DNA of 36,286 nucleotides from Sulfurovaceae bacterium. Lineage in GTDB: Bacteria > Campylobacterota > Campylobacteria > Campylobacterales > Sulfurovaceae. Of this stretch, positions 36,192 through 36,286 are shown piece by piece. The stretch covers positions 1 through 36,286 of the forward strand of contig JARROQ010000026.1 of assembly GCA_037383745.1 (NCBI GenBank), in the 5' to 3' direction. The position numbers were made by a program, and so were the translations under genes. Under the pieces are notes generated by a model, which had not been told where the DNA came from, ran no database searches, and saw only the letters and a program-made list of their open reading frames with translations. Every line of letters begins with the position of its first letter. The first letter of the stretch is position 1.

Positions 36192-36286
36192 ATAGCAACA
36201 ATCACAACTCTTATGGATTGACAAATGTTAAAGACCCTCTTCATTTTGGCTTTTAGAAATTATGATAAAATATTTTCCCGATATCC

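Noticed and set aside
1-36286. CRISPR arrays
   Set aside because: No regularly spaced short direct repeats were seen anywhere in the window. The only striking repeat is the 63-bp inverted pair.

Overview
AT-rich chromosomal window, probably from a Campylobacterota (epsilonproteobacterial) genome. Two parts stand out against an otherwise ordinary background.

Housekeeping content: feoB (5' truncated by the window edge) and feoA; an L,D-transpeptidase; a nitroreductase; coaE; dapF; tRNA-Val; thrS-infC-rpmI-rplT; a LysM/NlpC-P60 hydrolase; ilvD, whose 5' end looks disrupted; a patA/patB-like MBOAT O-acyltransferase pair; a BCCT transporter; and a two-component system.

First notable region: a four-tRNA cluster (Gly-Leu-Cys-Ser) is followed directly by an AT-rich insertion. 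It carries a minus-strand operon rtcB2(frameshifted)-prfH-unknown-rtcB, which is an RtcB/PrfH ribosome-repair-type module with extra components. Next come a Sel1 protein, a WYL-domain regulator, degenerate tRNA-like remnants and an SPFH protein.

Second and most interesting region (about 31.0-35.3 kb): a very AT-rich gene block with two ComEC-type metallo-beta-lactamase-fold proteins bracketing a 4-TM protein. These are followed by a minimal E2-like (UBC), an E1-like (ThiF) and a JAB/JAMM protein, with no separate ubiquitin-like gene and no nucleotidyltransferase. A perfect 63-bp inverted repeat with a 111-bp spacer straddles the MBL-2 C-terminus and the E2 start. An EEP-family nuclease/phosphatase sits just upstream. 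I interpret this as a candidate uncharacterised ubiquitin-like-conjugation-associated conflict system, possibly with an invertible or hairpin switch.

All calls rest on motif recognition by eye; no database search was possible.
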